Shown here piece by piece: positions 15,452 through 24,266 of a stretch of 27,518 bases of DNA (positions within the stretch are counted from its first letter, which is position 1; every line of letters starts with the position of its first letter). Origin of the DNA: a virus (Duplodnaviria; Caudoviricetes). The notes under the pieces are model-generated. The model was not told where the DNA came from. It saw only the letters and a program-made list of their open reading frames with translations, and made no database searches. The stretch lies in IMG/VR virus record IMGVR_UViG_3300031896_000088, positions 1 to 27,518 of that record; one strand, written 5' to 3'. Position numbers and translations under genes: made by a program.

Positions 15452-18400
15452 ACGCGGACACGAACGTAGTGAACACGGACTAGACGAACTCAGCGTCCGC
15501 GTACCCGTTTATAGAGACGAGCATGTACAAGCACCTGTTCTGGTTCGAAAAGTCAAACGCACACGGCGACTACCGCAACGGTCAAGGGAGATGACATTTG
15601 CGAGTCTCCATCATCATACAACCTTCTCGTACGGAGACGGTTATTCTCTCCCCGAAGCTCACGTTAGACGAGCAGCGGAGATTGGCATGGCATCTCTCGC
15701 AGTCACTGAACACGGAAACATTTCTAGTCACGTTCAAATGGAAGTGGCTGCGAAGAAGATGGGTATCAAACCCATCTACGGCGTGGAGCTATACACCGGA
15801 GGGCTCGGAGAGACAGCTACACAACGTAAGAATCACCTTACAGTCCTTGCTGAAGATACCAGAGGATACCAAAATCTCCTTCAACTGGTAAGCGCAACCT
15901 ACGCGGAGGGTTTCTATCATGAGCCAACTGCTGATGGAAGAATGCTTGCCGCCCATAGTGGTGGGCTTGTTGTTCTATCTGGTTGTCAGGGCAGTGCGCT
16001 CTTCACGGCACTCGTCGGAGGAAAGCATATTGCTGAGTCGGATGCTAGCTACTCACGCGCTCGAAGAGTTGCCTCACAGTTCAAGAGGACATTCGGTGAC
16101 AGCTACTACATTGAATTACAGGCCTTTCCTGAGCTCGAGAAGACGCGTCGGGCCAATCCGTTACTGGCTCAGATTGCGGAGGAGCTACATATTCCATACG
16201 TGGTGACGTTCGACTGTCACTACACCGTGCCCGAGGAGAAGGAGATGCAGAAGATCCTGCACAACCTTCGCCCCGGCGAGCGACGATCACTGGAGGACAT
16301 GGCGCGTGAATGGGGATATGATTCCAATCTCTGTCCGCCTTGGACCGACGCCATGGTCATACGTAAACTTATGGGTACAGGGCTCACACGTGCTCAATCC
16401 ATTCGGGCAACACTTACCACGAGGGACGTGGCAGACCGTTGTCTGGTCACGCTTCCCTCGCTGCCTATGGTTCGCTATCCTCTCCCACCAGGGTATTCAG
16501 ACCCGGTACATCTATGGCGAGACTGGCTGAAAGAGGGGTGGAAGTATCGAGGTTGCCACCGACTATCGGCAACAGAGCGGCGACGCTACAAGGAGAGGCT
16601 CCAGCATGAGGCCAAGATCATCGAGGACAAAGACTTCGTCGACTACTTCCTCATCATCAGTGATGCTGTACGATACGCAAAGGATCGGGACATTGCTGTG
16701 GGACCGGCAAGAGGATCTGCCGCTGGTTCCCTCGCTTGTTGGCTCCTCCGCATCACTGAAGTCAACCCCATGCTCTACGATGATCTTGTTTTCGAACGAT
16801 TCATTGACGTCACGCGCCAAGATCTGCCTGACGTTGATATCGACTTCTCTTCGGATCGCCGCTCGGAGGTCTACAGTTACTTTGTTGCAAAGTACGGAAC
16901 AGATCAAGTCAGCAACGTCGGCACCTTCACGCGATTCAAGGGGAAGAACAGTCTGGACGCTGCCGCCCGAGTCTTTCACGTTCCCAAGTGGGAAATCGAC
17001 AAAGTCAAGGATGTTCTCATCGAACGATCTTCGGGTGACCTCCGGGCTAGTGCTACTATTGAGGACACAGCTGAGCAATTCCCGCAAGCTCGCGATGTCT
17101 TTGAGCGATACCCCGATCTTGGAGCGGCGCTCGATCTGGAAGGAAACTATGCAGGATTTGGCGTCCATTCTGCAGGTCTTGTCATCTCAACTGGACCAAT
17201 TACAGAGGTCGCAGCTTTCTACGAGCGGGATGTAAAGGGTGAGAAACGACGTGTCATCAGTATGGACAAGTACGACGCTGAGAAGAAGGGTCTGCTCAAG
17301 ATCGACGCGCTGGGACTCAGCACTGTGCAAGCCCTTGATCATATGCGAAAGGAGATGGACTGGACTCTTGACGAACTCTACAATCTACCACTGGACGATC
17401 CGGAAGTTATTCAGGGATTCAAGGAGAACGACGTCACCGGCGTCTTTCAGTTTGATGGGCGTGCGTGCCGATACGTCAACGGTGCTCTCCAACCGGAACA
17501 CTTCAAGCACATCTACGACGTTACTGCCCTCGGACGACCTGGACCCCTCCACAATGGAGCCGCCAACGCCTACATAGACATCAAGTGGGGACGCGCTGAG
17601 CCAGAGCTCCTTCATCCGGCGATGAGCAATATCTGCGATTCCACCTACGGACAGATCGTGTACCAGGAGCAGATCCTTCGCATCTTGGGAGACGTGTTCG
17701 ACTTCGACTGGACACACAGAGCCGAGGTGCGAAGGATCATCTCGAAGAAGCACGGTGATCAGGAATTCAACCGTAAGTGGGAGCAAGCACTGACCGGCGC
17801 GATGAAGCTACACGGTGACGACGGTATCATGACGCCTGAGCTCGCACGAGGAATCTGGATGCGGTTGATCACGGCAGGATCCTATGCCTTCAACGCATCC
17901 CATGCGGTGAGTTACGGGATGATCGGATATCAAACAATGTGGTTCAAGCGCAAGCATCCAGAGGTCTTCTATCTGGCGTCACTCAATGTCACGGACGACG
18001 ACGATAAGGTACGACGCCTGCTCCGCGACTCGCAGCGGTTCGGTCGTAGCGTGGAGATTAAGCCACCGCACCCGAGATCTAGTAGGGTACGGTGGTCTAA
18101 GGAAGACGACGCACTTACGGCAGGCTTCTCGCAGGTGCCGGGTATCGGGGTCAAAACGGGCAATGCGATTGTTGCCTACCGTGAAGAACATGGTATGGAG
18201 GACTGGGAAGATCTACTCAACGTCAAAGGCATAGGACCAATCACAATGGAAGCAATCCGAAAGTTCTCACAAAAGGGCGATGATCCATTCGGCGCGCTAT
18301 GGCTTGACCGTGCCATCGCCTCGGTGAAGCACGAGATCATCCATCCCGACGGAGAGCTCTATCGTGAGGTGCCCCAGCCTACACATGTGGCGACAGACCT

Positions 18401-18773
18401 GCCCTACGAACGGGGCGACGACATTGAGGTGATCTGGCTGGGTTGTATCTATACGCGCAACGAGCGCGATCTCTTTGAGTTCAACCAGGCTAAGGGTGCT
18501 GAGTTAGACATGTCTGATCCGAAGCACCCAAAACTCAACGGTCAGCCCATCCGCGATCCGCACCTAGATAAGTGGGTTGTTATGGTGGGTGACGACGAAA
18601 CAGACCAGCTGGGTCTGCGCGTGGATAGGTGGCGCTATCCCCGGCTGAGAGATCAGGTCTGGAGACTGCGTCCAGGGAAAGACCTGGTATTGGTAAGAGG
18701 GGTCAAGCCGGGGTGGATGCCCACAAGACAGATTACAATCAGCGAGATGTGGGTTATCGACCCAGAGATGTGA
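15444..18773 (+). CDS. dnaE: DNA polymerase III alpha subunit (C family, PHP domain)
   Basis: FASLHHHTTFSYGDG, AVTEHGN, GPARGSAAGSL, FERF...R.DLPDVDID, GVHSAG, LLKIDALGL, YQEQI, YAFNASHA. Start is TTG 15444 (SD GGTGAGG) or ATG 15591. Confidence 0.97.
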   Translation: MAERGHERSEHGLDELSVRVPVYRDEHVQAPVLVRKVKRTRRLPQRSREMTFASLHHHTTFSYGDGYSLPEAHVRRAAEIGMASLAVTEHGNISSHVQMEVAAKKMGIKPIYGVELYTGGLGETATQRKNHLTVLAEDTRGYQNLLQLVSATYAEGFYHEPTADGRMLAAHSGGLVVLSGCQGSALFTALVGGKHIAESDASYSRARRVASQFKRTFGDSYYIELQAFPELEKTRRANPLLAQIAEELHIPYVVTFDCHYTVPEEKEMQKILHNLRPGERRSLEDMAREWGYDSNLCPPWTDAMVIRKLMGTGLTRAQSIRATLTTRDVADRCLVTLPSLPMVRYPLPPGYSDPVHLWRDWLKEGWKYRGCHRLSATERRRYKERLQHEAKIIEDKDFVDYFLIISDAVRYAKDRDIAVGPARGSAAGSLACWLLRITEVNPMLYDDLVFERFIDVTRQDLPDVDIDFSSDRRSEVYSYFVAKYGTDQVSNVGTFTRFKGKNSLDAAARVFHVPKWEIDKVKDVLIERSSGDLRASATIEDTAEQFPQARDVFERYPDLGAALDLEGNYAGFGVHSAGLVISTGPITEVAAFYERDVKGEKRRVISMDKYDAEKKGLLKIDALGLSTVQALDHMRKEMDWTLDELYNLPLDDPEVIQGFKENDVTGVFQFDGRACRYVNGALQPEHFKHIYDVTALGRPGPLHNGAANAYIDIKWGRAEPELLHPAMSNICDSTYGQIVYQEQILRILGDVFDFDWTHRAEVRRIISKKHGDQEFNRKWEQALTGAMKLHGDDGIMTPELARGIWMRLITAGSYAFNASHAVSYGMIGYQTMWFKRKHPEVFYLASLNVTDDDDKVRRLLRDSQRFGRSVEIKPPHPRSSRVRWSKEDDALTAGFSQVPGIGVKTGNAIVAYREEHGMEDWEDLLNVKGIGPITMEAIRKFSQKGDDPFGALWLDRAIASVKHEIIHPDGELYREVPQPTHVATDLPYERGDDIEVIWLGCIYTRNERDLFEFNQAKGAELDMSDPKHPKLNGQPIRDPHLDKWVVMVGDDETDQLGLRVDRWRYPRLRDQVWRLRPGKDLVLVRGVKPGWMPTRQITISEMWVIDPEM

Positions 18774-18787
18774 GAGGAGGTGTCACC

Positions 18788-18928
18788 ATGAGCGACGAAG
18801 AGAAGCAGGAGGAGTTGTCAGAGGATCAGCAGGCCGCGCAAGAGTCAGGCCGGCAACCGGACGACCCTGTGGACGAGTCCGCAGGACAGGCTGAGGAAGC
18901 CGAGAGCGACGAGTCAGAGGACGAATAG
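18788..18928 (+). CDS. Very acidic 46-aa protein
   Basis: Strong SD GAGGAGGTG; 20 Asp/Glu against 2 basic residues. Confidence 0.75.
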   Translation: MSDEEKQEELSEDQQAAQESGRQPDDPVDESAGQAEEAESDESEDE

Positions 18929-18936
18929 GAGGAAAC

Positions 18937-19341
18937 ATGCCCGGACAGTCAGTAAGGCGAGCTTCAAAGGCTAGCAGCCCCAAGAAGCGTCGTGCGAACC
19001 CTGCCCTAAGCCGAGTCAGGGGTGCACCGAAGTACGTGCACGAGATGATGTATGCAATCGTGCAGTCGGCTATCAGGACATTCCGCAAGGAAGGTCCGCA
19101 GGAACTGATCATCGACAAGATGTTCTGGTCCTACGATAATGCAAACAACTGGCTCCACGGCATGAAGCGTGGGTTCTTCCGTACCATCTTGGAGGAAAGA
19201 CCTACGATTACCGTCAAGATCAACGGAAGCGAGAGGGTCTATTGCGACCTCGGTGCCAAGTTGATGGGTAAGGTCGATACATCCAAACTGGCAGATGGTC
19301 GTCAGTTCTGGTACATCGTCCTAACCGGATTGGCGGAGTGA
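18937..19341 (+). CDS. Hypothetical protein with a basic N-terminus
   Basis: SD AGGAGG; 134-aa ORF. Confidence 0.8.
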   Translation: MPGQSVRRASKASSPKKRRANPALSRVRGAPKYVHEMMYAIVQSAIRTFRKEGPQELIIDKMFWSYDNANNWLHGMKRGFFRTILEERPTITVKINGSERVYCDLGAKLMGKVDTSKLADGRQFWYIVLTGLAE

Positions 19342-19431
19342 ACATGCGGGAGCGTAGCATTTGGATAGTAGAGGGGCTGCGCAGGCGTGGTGGGGTAACC
19401 ATGCCATCATATTGTCAACCCAAGGAGGGCT

Positions 19432-19761
19432 GTGAGGGTAACGGCCATCACTCTAGCCGCACTCTGTGTGGCGTTCGTACTAACGGCTTCTGCGTCGGCG
19501 AGTCGCAAAGACTACGTGACGCAGGGGTTGCTATGCATCCATCATTACGAGGGTGCCTGGAACGATCGTGGCGCTCCGTACTACGGCGGATTGCAGATGG
19601 ACTACTCCTTCCAGTGGACGTATGGGAGGGCGTTCCTCCGTCGATGGGGCACAGCAGATCACTGGCCGATATGGGCACAGTTACAAGCCGGACGGAACGG
19701 ATACAGGGCGCGCGGCTGGTGGCCGTGGCCCAATACTGCCCATATGTGCGGGTTGCTGTAA
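19432..19761 (+). CDS. Secreted Rpf-like lytic transglycosylase (lysozyme fold)
   Basis: Signal peptide ending ASASA, catalytic Glu in CIHHYEG.W, YYGGLQM, and GWWPWP..A..CG, parallel to Rpf CESGGNW / YYGGLQF / G.gAWPvC. SD AAGGAGG. Confidence 0.85.
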   Translation: MRVTAITLAALCVAFVLTASASASRKDYVTQGLLCIHHYEGAWNDRGAPYYGGLQMDYSFQWTYGRAFLRRWGTADHWPIWAQLQAGRNGYRARGWWPWPNTAHMCGLL

Positions 19762-19780
19762 CTGAACCGAAAGGGAGCAC

Positions 19781-20176
19781 ATGCTGACTAAGAACGACAT
19801 CGCACAGGAGATCGAGGAGATGACCGGGGTCAAGCCTAACCTGGTCAAGAACGTGATGGACGCTATGGCCGAGATCGCTGCCGACGAGGTGGCAAACGGT
19901 GAAGACTTCGCCATTCCGGGCATCGCGCGTATTGTGTGGCGGTATCGCAAGCCACAAGCGAAGGGAGCACGCTGGAAGAAGGGCGAAGAGGTCCAGGGCT
20001 TTGGAGGGATAGTCCAGACCAAAGACAGTGACAGCCCACCTGTGAAGGCTCAGGCTCGGCTGGTAGCTGTGCCGACCGGCGATGTCAACCGGGCCAAGCC
20101 CAAGCGTGACCCGGTCTCTCAGGCAGCATTCCTGAAGACCCGTGCAGGCAAAGCAATAGCTGCGCGGCGAGGCTAG
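19781..20176 (+). CDS. HU/IHF-family DNA-binding protein
   Basis: MLTKNDIAQEIEEMTGV...V..VMDAMAEI...V.NGEDF.IPGIA followed by an extended arm; SD AAGGGAG. Confidence 0.85.
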   Translation: MLTKNDIAQEIEEMTGVKPNLVKNVMDAMAEIAADEVANGEDFAIPGIARIVWRYRKPQAKGARWKKGEEVQGFGGIVQTKDSDSPPVKAQARLVAVPTGDVNRAKPKRDPVSQAAFLKTRAGKAIAARRG

Positions 20177-20177
20177 C

Positions 20178-21080
20178 ATGAGCAAGGAAATGCTCCGCTG
20201 GGCAGACGCTGCGATGTACGAATCGCAGCCGATGCTCGTCGAGGAGGACACGGGGCTGGTGAAGCCCCGTGTCTTCCTCATCAATGCGACACCAGATCCT
20301 CTGGGTACGCTCGCGGTGGACATGCGTATGTACCGTGGCGATCCGGTGTACAGCCTGAAGGAGATCACCAATGAGGAGCGACACTGGGCGTGGGAGGAGC
20401 TAAGCAAGACGCATCTCAACACGCCGCTTGAAGGTGTCCACCTCAAGTTTATGATCGAGGCGGTGACACGCAGCTTCACTCACCAGATGGTCAGGCAGAG
20501 GGTGGGTGCGTACTACGTGCAGGAGAGCCTGCGCTTCGCCGTCAAGCGTGGACTGGCTGATGAGGTGGCGATACCGCCCAGCATCGTTGACGGTGACGAG
20601 TCAGCACAGATGATCTGGGAGACCGTCATCAAGCACATCGAAGCAGCATACGAGAGCCTGGTCAATGCCGGCATCCCTGCCGAAGATGCGCGCGGAATTC
20701 TTCCGCACTGTACCACCACGCGCATCATCTACAACACTAACCTGCGGGCATTGTTCGAGCATGCGGGCAATCGGCTGTGCACGCAGGCACAGTTCGAATG
20801 GCGCGCGGTGTTCTTGGAGATGATGAAAGCGATCCGGGAATATGGGACGCCACACCTACGTGAGGATTGGCAGTGGAAGATGATCGCCACGCCCACACGG
20901 TACACGTTCACGCCGATCTGCTATCGGCTCGGCAGGTGTGCGTTCATGAGTATGCTCGACAGAGGCTGCACTATCCGCGAGCGCGTCAATGCCGGCGAGT
21001 GGGACAAGATCGAGCCGGACGAGTGGATGGCCTCACCGACTGCTGGCGTCACAACGGAGGACAATCCGCGTCCTGAGTGA
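20178..21080 (+). CDS. thyX: Flavin-dependent thymidylate synthase
   Basis: TPLE, VTRSFTHQMVRQR...QESLRF, EDARGILP, NLRAL, R.C..AQFEWR. Confidence 0.92.
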   Translation: MSKEMLRWADAAMYESQPMLVEEDTGLVKPRVFLINATPDPLGTLAVDMRMYRGDPVYSLKEITNEERHWAWEELSKTHLNTPLEGVHLKFMIEAVTRSFTHQMVRQRVGAYYVQESLRFAVKRGLADEVAIPPSIVDGDESAQMIWETVIKHIEAAYESLVNAGIPAEDARGILPHCTTTRIIYNTNLRALFEHAGNRLCTQAQFEWRAVFLEMMKAIREYGTPHLREDWQWKMIATPTRYTFTPICYRLGRCAFMSMLDRGCTIRERVNAGEWDKIEPDEWMASPTAGVTTEDNPRPE

Positions 21081-21610
21081 TGCCCAAGGGACCATTCTAC
21101 AGAGATGGGAATGGGCGACGACACCAGGAACGCCTCTACGGTGTACCGTGGTGGGAGCAGTGTGCCTACGTGGATGTAGAGGCGTTCCGTGTCGCGTACC
21201 ATGTTGAGGAGCGTAGGAAGAATGGCGGCCTCTCATATGAAGAGCGGCAGATCGTGCGAGCCAGAATCTCTGAGATTCAGATTGCGAAAGAACTGAGAAC
21301 ACGCCAGGTTGAGAAAGCGCAGCGGAAATCGTACAGGAGCCGCATGAATCTGAACAGAGCACAAGCACTCGGACTATGGAAGCTGACGATGGAGCTTCCG
21401 CGTGATGTGGAGATCATCCTTGATAGCGTAGACAACTACGGTGCCATTCACCTATCAGCCGTCTCGAGCAGCATCAATGCTGTAGAGACCGCTGATGGGT
21501 CTTTTGTACAGCGATTCACACTTCCAAGGGCTGGCGGCTACCGTGAGCTCCCGCTCCCACCGGCGGCTCCTCCTCCACCAGTTTCCAAGCCATCGGAGGC
21601 TTTGGAGTAG
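21080..21610 (+). CDS. Hypothetical protein (possible internal start at 21344)
   Basis: TGATG coupling to thyX; proline-rich C-terminus. Confidence 0.7.
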   Translation: MPKGPFYRDGNGRRHQERLYGVPWWEQCAYVDVEAFRVAYHVEERRKNGGLSYEERQIVRARISEIQIAKELRTRQVEKAQRKSYRSRMNLNRAQALGLWKLTMELPRDVEIILDSVDNYGAIHLSAVSSSINAVETADGSFVQRFTLPRAGGYRELPLPPAAPPPPVSKPSEALE

Positions 21611-21615
21611 CCATT

Positions 21616-21942
21616 TTGCACCACCGGGCCACACCGAATACCGGGTCGTACACCGCGACCACACTCCAACCACTAGAGACACGCGGGGCTAGATCCCTGT
21701 ACCTAGAAGCGTACCCTTCTCCGCCGTGGCTGTGTATCTTCTGCGGTCGCATGATCGACAGACCTCGGGATCTACAAGTTCATCACCTTGATGGCGACTA
21801 TGAGAACAAAAGCCTGGACAACTTACACGGGAGTCATATGCCATGCCATCACAGATATCACGCCGTGATACGGAACAGAGCGTTGAGAATGGGTATGAGC
21901 GCAAAGAATCCACTAGAGGTTGAGAGAGCATGGCCTATCTAG
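21616..21942 (+). CDS. HNH endonuclease
   Basis: CIFCG...LQVHHLDGDYEN...DNL...H..CH..YH. The start codon is uncertain. Confidence 0.8.
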   Translation: MHHRATPNTGSYTATTLQPLETRGARSLYLEAYPSPPWLCIFCGRMIDRPRDLQVHHLDGDYENKSLDNLHGSHMPCHHRYHAVIRNRALRMGMSAKNPLEVERAWPI

Positions 21943-22382
21943 ACGCCTACCTAGACCCCGCGCTCGATATCCCGAAGGGCGAGACGCCCAAGAAGATCAC
22001 TGTTCAAGAAGTCAAGCGACTCAACCATCTGTTGGCCGTCGCTACAGCCGCCCAGAAGATCCAACGTAGACTCGGCGCTGATGCAAGCGATGAAGAAATT
22101 GCACGCGATAAAGTCCAATCAAGGCGAATCGCCCATGTGGCGCGACAGTGCATCGCTGCCTGGGATGATGTGCCCAAGAAGCGGCTGGAGAAGTGTGAGA
22201 GTGAAGCTGCTCAAATAGTCTGGGCGAATTGGGCTGCCGAACACCAGACACGCCTATTGAACAGAATGCGCTACATCGCCACGTGGCAGTACAAGTACAG
22301 CACCGAGGAGCTATGGGCGAAGAGCGCAGTTGTCCGACTCAACAACGAGTTGAGTTGGATTGACTACGCTCTTCGGGATTGA
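21930..22382 (+). CDS. Hypothetical helical protein (150 aa)
   Basis: Last + strand ORF; ATG preceded by GAGG/GAGAG. Confidence 0.75.
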   Translation: MAYLDAYLDPALDIPKGETPKKITVQEVKRLNHLLAVATAAQKIQRRLGADASDEEIARDKVQSRRIAHVARQCIAAWDDVPKKRLEKCESEAAQIVWANWAAEHQTRLLNRMRYIATWQYKYSTEELWAKSAVVRLNNELSWIDYALRD

Positions 22383-22479
22383 GACGTCGCGACAACCACG
22401 GCGCTACCAATAGCGCAACGGGAAACGACAGAAGGATCCACAAGGACACTCCGAGAATCACCCAAGCCCACCAGTTCAC
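22339..22479 (-). CDS. Small single-pass membrane protein (46 aa), absent from the ORF track
   Basis: GTG overlaps the TAG of the tail gene; translates as MNWWAWVILGVSLWILLSFPVALLVAPWLSRRLNPEERSQSNSTRC. Confidence 0.6.
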   Translation of the reverse strand: MNWWAWVILGVSLWILLSFPVALLVAPWLSRRLNPEERSQSNSTRC

Positions 22480-23615
22480 TACTGACTAATCCACCTACAC
22501 AGAATCGTCGAATCTCCGATCTGTTTGTTGTAACCCGTACCAGCAGCCTTGCCCCGACCCTCGATGACGAGCATCACCCCATCTGCCGGCAGCGAGGCCG
22601 GTGATCCCCACGGTCCCTTGAACCACGTCCAGTTACCAGCGGGCACCGGTGTGATTTGCGGAGACACTGCAAACTCAGTCACAAACGCCAAGTTTGACTC
22701 ATAGACATAGCCACCGTTCGACAAGTTGGTCGGAGCGCAGGTGATGGCTGCAATCCCATGCTCGATGGGGTTCGGTGTCCAGTCAGCCATCTGGAATTGC
22801 CCCATGAAACAGCACTCGATGGTCAGACCAGCTGTGCGCTGTGCCGTCCAGGGCAGAAAGAAGTACCGGGATCCACGCTGATATGCTGCATTGTTGATAC
22901 TATATGTGTGCCCCACATCGGTAAAGGTCATAGTGCTGCTGACCCACTTACCGCGCGTCGCACTGTAGAACACTGGAATGATCTCGTATGGCGATGAACC
23001 ACATACGATCATCCCTGCCTTACCGTCGGTAGCTACGCCCAGGCCGGCAACTGTGCTGGCCGGTACAACACTCAGACCGGGAAATGCTGGCCAAGTTCCA
23101 TCGCCAGCCAGGTACTGCGCTGAGTTCCCCGGATAACCGGCCAACTTCGAGACCCCAATGCCGGCAGCCGCTGCGATCATCGCATTGGTGATCTGCGCCC
23201 AGGAACCGTCTGCTCTCAGCGCACGTGTGGCGTCGTTTGGGAAGCCAGCGAGCTTCAGGATCTGAATGGCAGCCGAGGCGCTGATGTCTGCATCTACGAT
23301 AGAACCATCAGCGATCTTGCTGCTGTCAACACTGTTGGCCGCTAGCATGGCGTTGGTGACGCTCAGCGGACCAGGAGGACCACCCACGACAATCCACGCC
23401 GAAGCGTTGTCGTAGTAGTGCAGCTGTGTATCTGTCTCATAATAGATGCGTCCCTGCACACCGGCTGCTGGACGAGCAGCGTGAGTGCCTTGCCCGTACT
23501 GCATGCCCAGAGCCTCCAGCTGCGTGACAATAGAGCCAATATCACGCGGTACATCTGCCGTATCCGTGCGAGTCGGATTCGGGTAGTTGATCTGGAACCT
23601 GGAGCTAGTGAGCAT
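22479..23615 (-). CDS. Tail fiber / receptor-binding protein
   Basis: Follows the baseplate genes. It has GT.AARPAAG..GR.YY.TDT, two internal repeats (TNAM.A...I...KLAG.P......L..DG.W) and a beta-rich C-terminus. Confidence 0.75.
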   Translation of the reverse strand: MLTSSRFQINYPNPTRTDTADVPRDIGSIVTQLEALGMQYGQGTHAARPAAGVQGRIYYETDTQLHYYDNASAWIVVGGPPGPLSVTNAMLAANSVDSSKIADGSIVDADISASAAIQILKLAGFPNDATRALRADGSWAQITNAMIAAAAGIGVSKLAGYPGNSAQYLAGDGTWPAFPGLSVVPASTVAGLGVATDGKAGMIVCGSSPYEIIPVFYSATRGKWVSSTMTFTDVGHTYSINNAAYQRGSRYFFLPWTAQRTAGLTIECCFMGQFQMADWTPNPIEHGIAAITCAPTNLSNGGYVYESNLAFVTEFAVSPQITPVPAGNWTWFKGPWGSPASLPADGVMLVIEGRGKAAGTGYNKQIGDSTILCRWISQ

Positions 23616-23624
23616 GCTGCCTCC

Positions 23625-24266
23625 TTAGTACGTGTCCAGGAGCACGTCGTTGTAGGTTGGGTATGTTGTGAACGTGGCCTGGTAACTTGCCTCGTCCGTG
23701 TACAGCTTCTGGTAGTCCTGTCCAGCCAGGTACTCATACACGAGCACTAGGCCAGCAGGCTTCTGAGCCATGAGCGCATTCAACACCAAGGTCGGGTTCG
23801 GTGTCTCAGCAGTCTTACTGATGAATGTAATCCCATATGCCGGCTGTGAAGGGCAAGCAGAAGCATCACGCTCACGCACGATGAGTGACTTAGTCCCTAC
23901 GAGGTACAACTGCGCCGCAGCTATCATGGCGTTGAGCGTACCCCTGTTCCATCCGGCCACGCTACGAATCTGCTGGCGCTGTAGAGCCTCAGACAGACTG
24001 TCGTCAACTGAGACGCCCACGAACTGCCCTAGCCAGGGTAAGACCTCTGCAGGAGCACGGTTAATGTCCATGACCTGAGACCAACCCGGAGCAAGTAGAT
24101 TGCCCACCATCTGGTCACGACCATAGTCGTCAAGTAGCTGGAACATCTCGCCGATCGCTCCCAAGAAGTTCGCCAGTGCGTACTGCTGGTTGGCCTCGTC
24201 GTACGTGAGCGGACCCATGCGGGCATATATGTCCGCGGAGAAGCTCTCGAGCATCGGCTCAGACAT
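23625..24266 (-). CDS. Baseplate wedge protein, P2 gpI-like
   Basis: APAEVLPWLGQFVGV...R..I......RGT...M and KPAG motifs; lies downstream of baseplate J. Confidence 0.85.
   Translation of the reverse strand: MSEPMLESFSADIYARMGPLTYDEANQQYALANFLGAIGEMFQLLDDYGRDQMVGNLLAPGWSQVMDINRAPAEVLPWLGQFVGVSVDDSLSEALQRQQIRSVAGWNRGTLNAMIAAAQLYLVGTKSLIVRERDASACPSQPAYGITFISKTAETPNPTLVLNALMAQKPAGLVLVYEYLAGQDYQKLYTDEASYQATFTTYPTYNDVLLDTY

Noticed and set aside
15444-18773. Intein or intron in dnaE or the MCM helicase
   Set aside because: Conserved motifs are normally spaced, and no C/S...HN splice junctions or LAGLIDADG motifs were seen.
19342-19425. Possible c-di-AMP (ydaO) riboswitch upstream of the Rpf-like gene
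   Set aside because: Two weak stems are present, but the region is too short and lacks the GCUGAAUCC and CCGUCAGCUAAC consensus blocks.
19338-19787. 149-aa + strand ORF overlapping the Rpf-like gene, with a GTGA-coupled start
   Set aside because: The product is Arg/Gly/Cys-rich and unlike a natural protein, while the overlapping frame has a clear family signature and SD. It is probably a shadow ORF.
19448-20479. Long antisense ORFs (343 aa here; also 10243-11055, 5480-6094, 12852-13442, 16563-17168)
   Set aside because: They mirror well-supported + strand genes, as expected from GC-rich codon bias, and show no recognisable motifs.
21344-21610. Separate gene from an internal AGGAG-ATG inside ORF 21080-21610
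   Set aside because: It is in the same frame with no intervening stop and only a 4-nt SD spacing, so it cannot be told apart from an internal Met.
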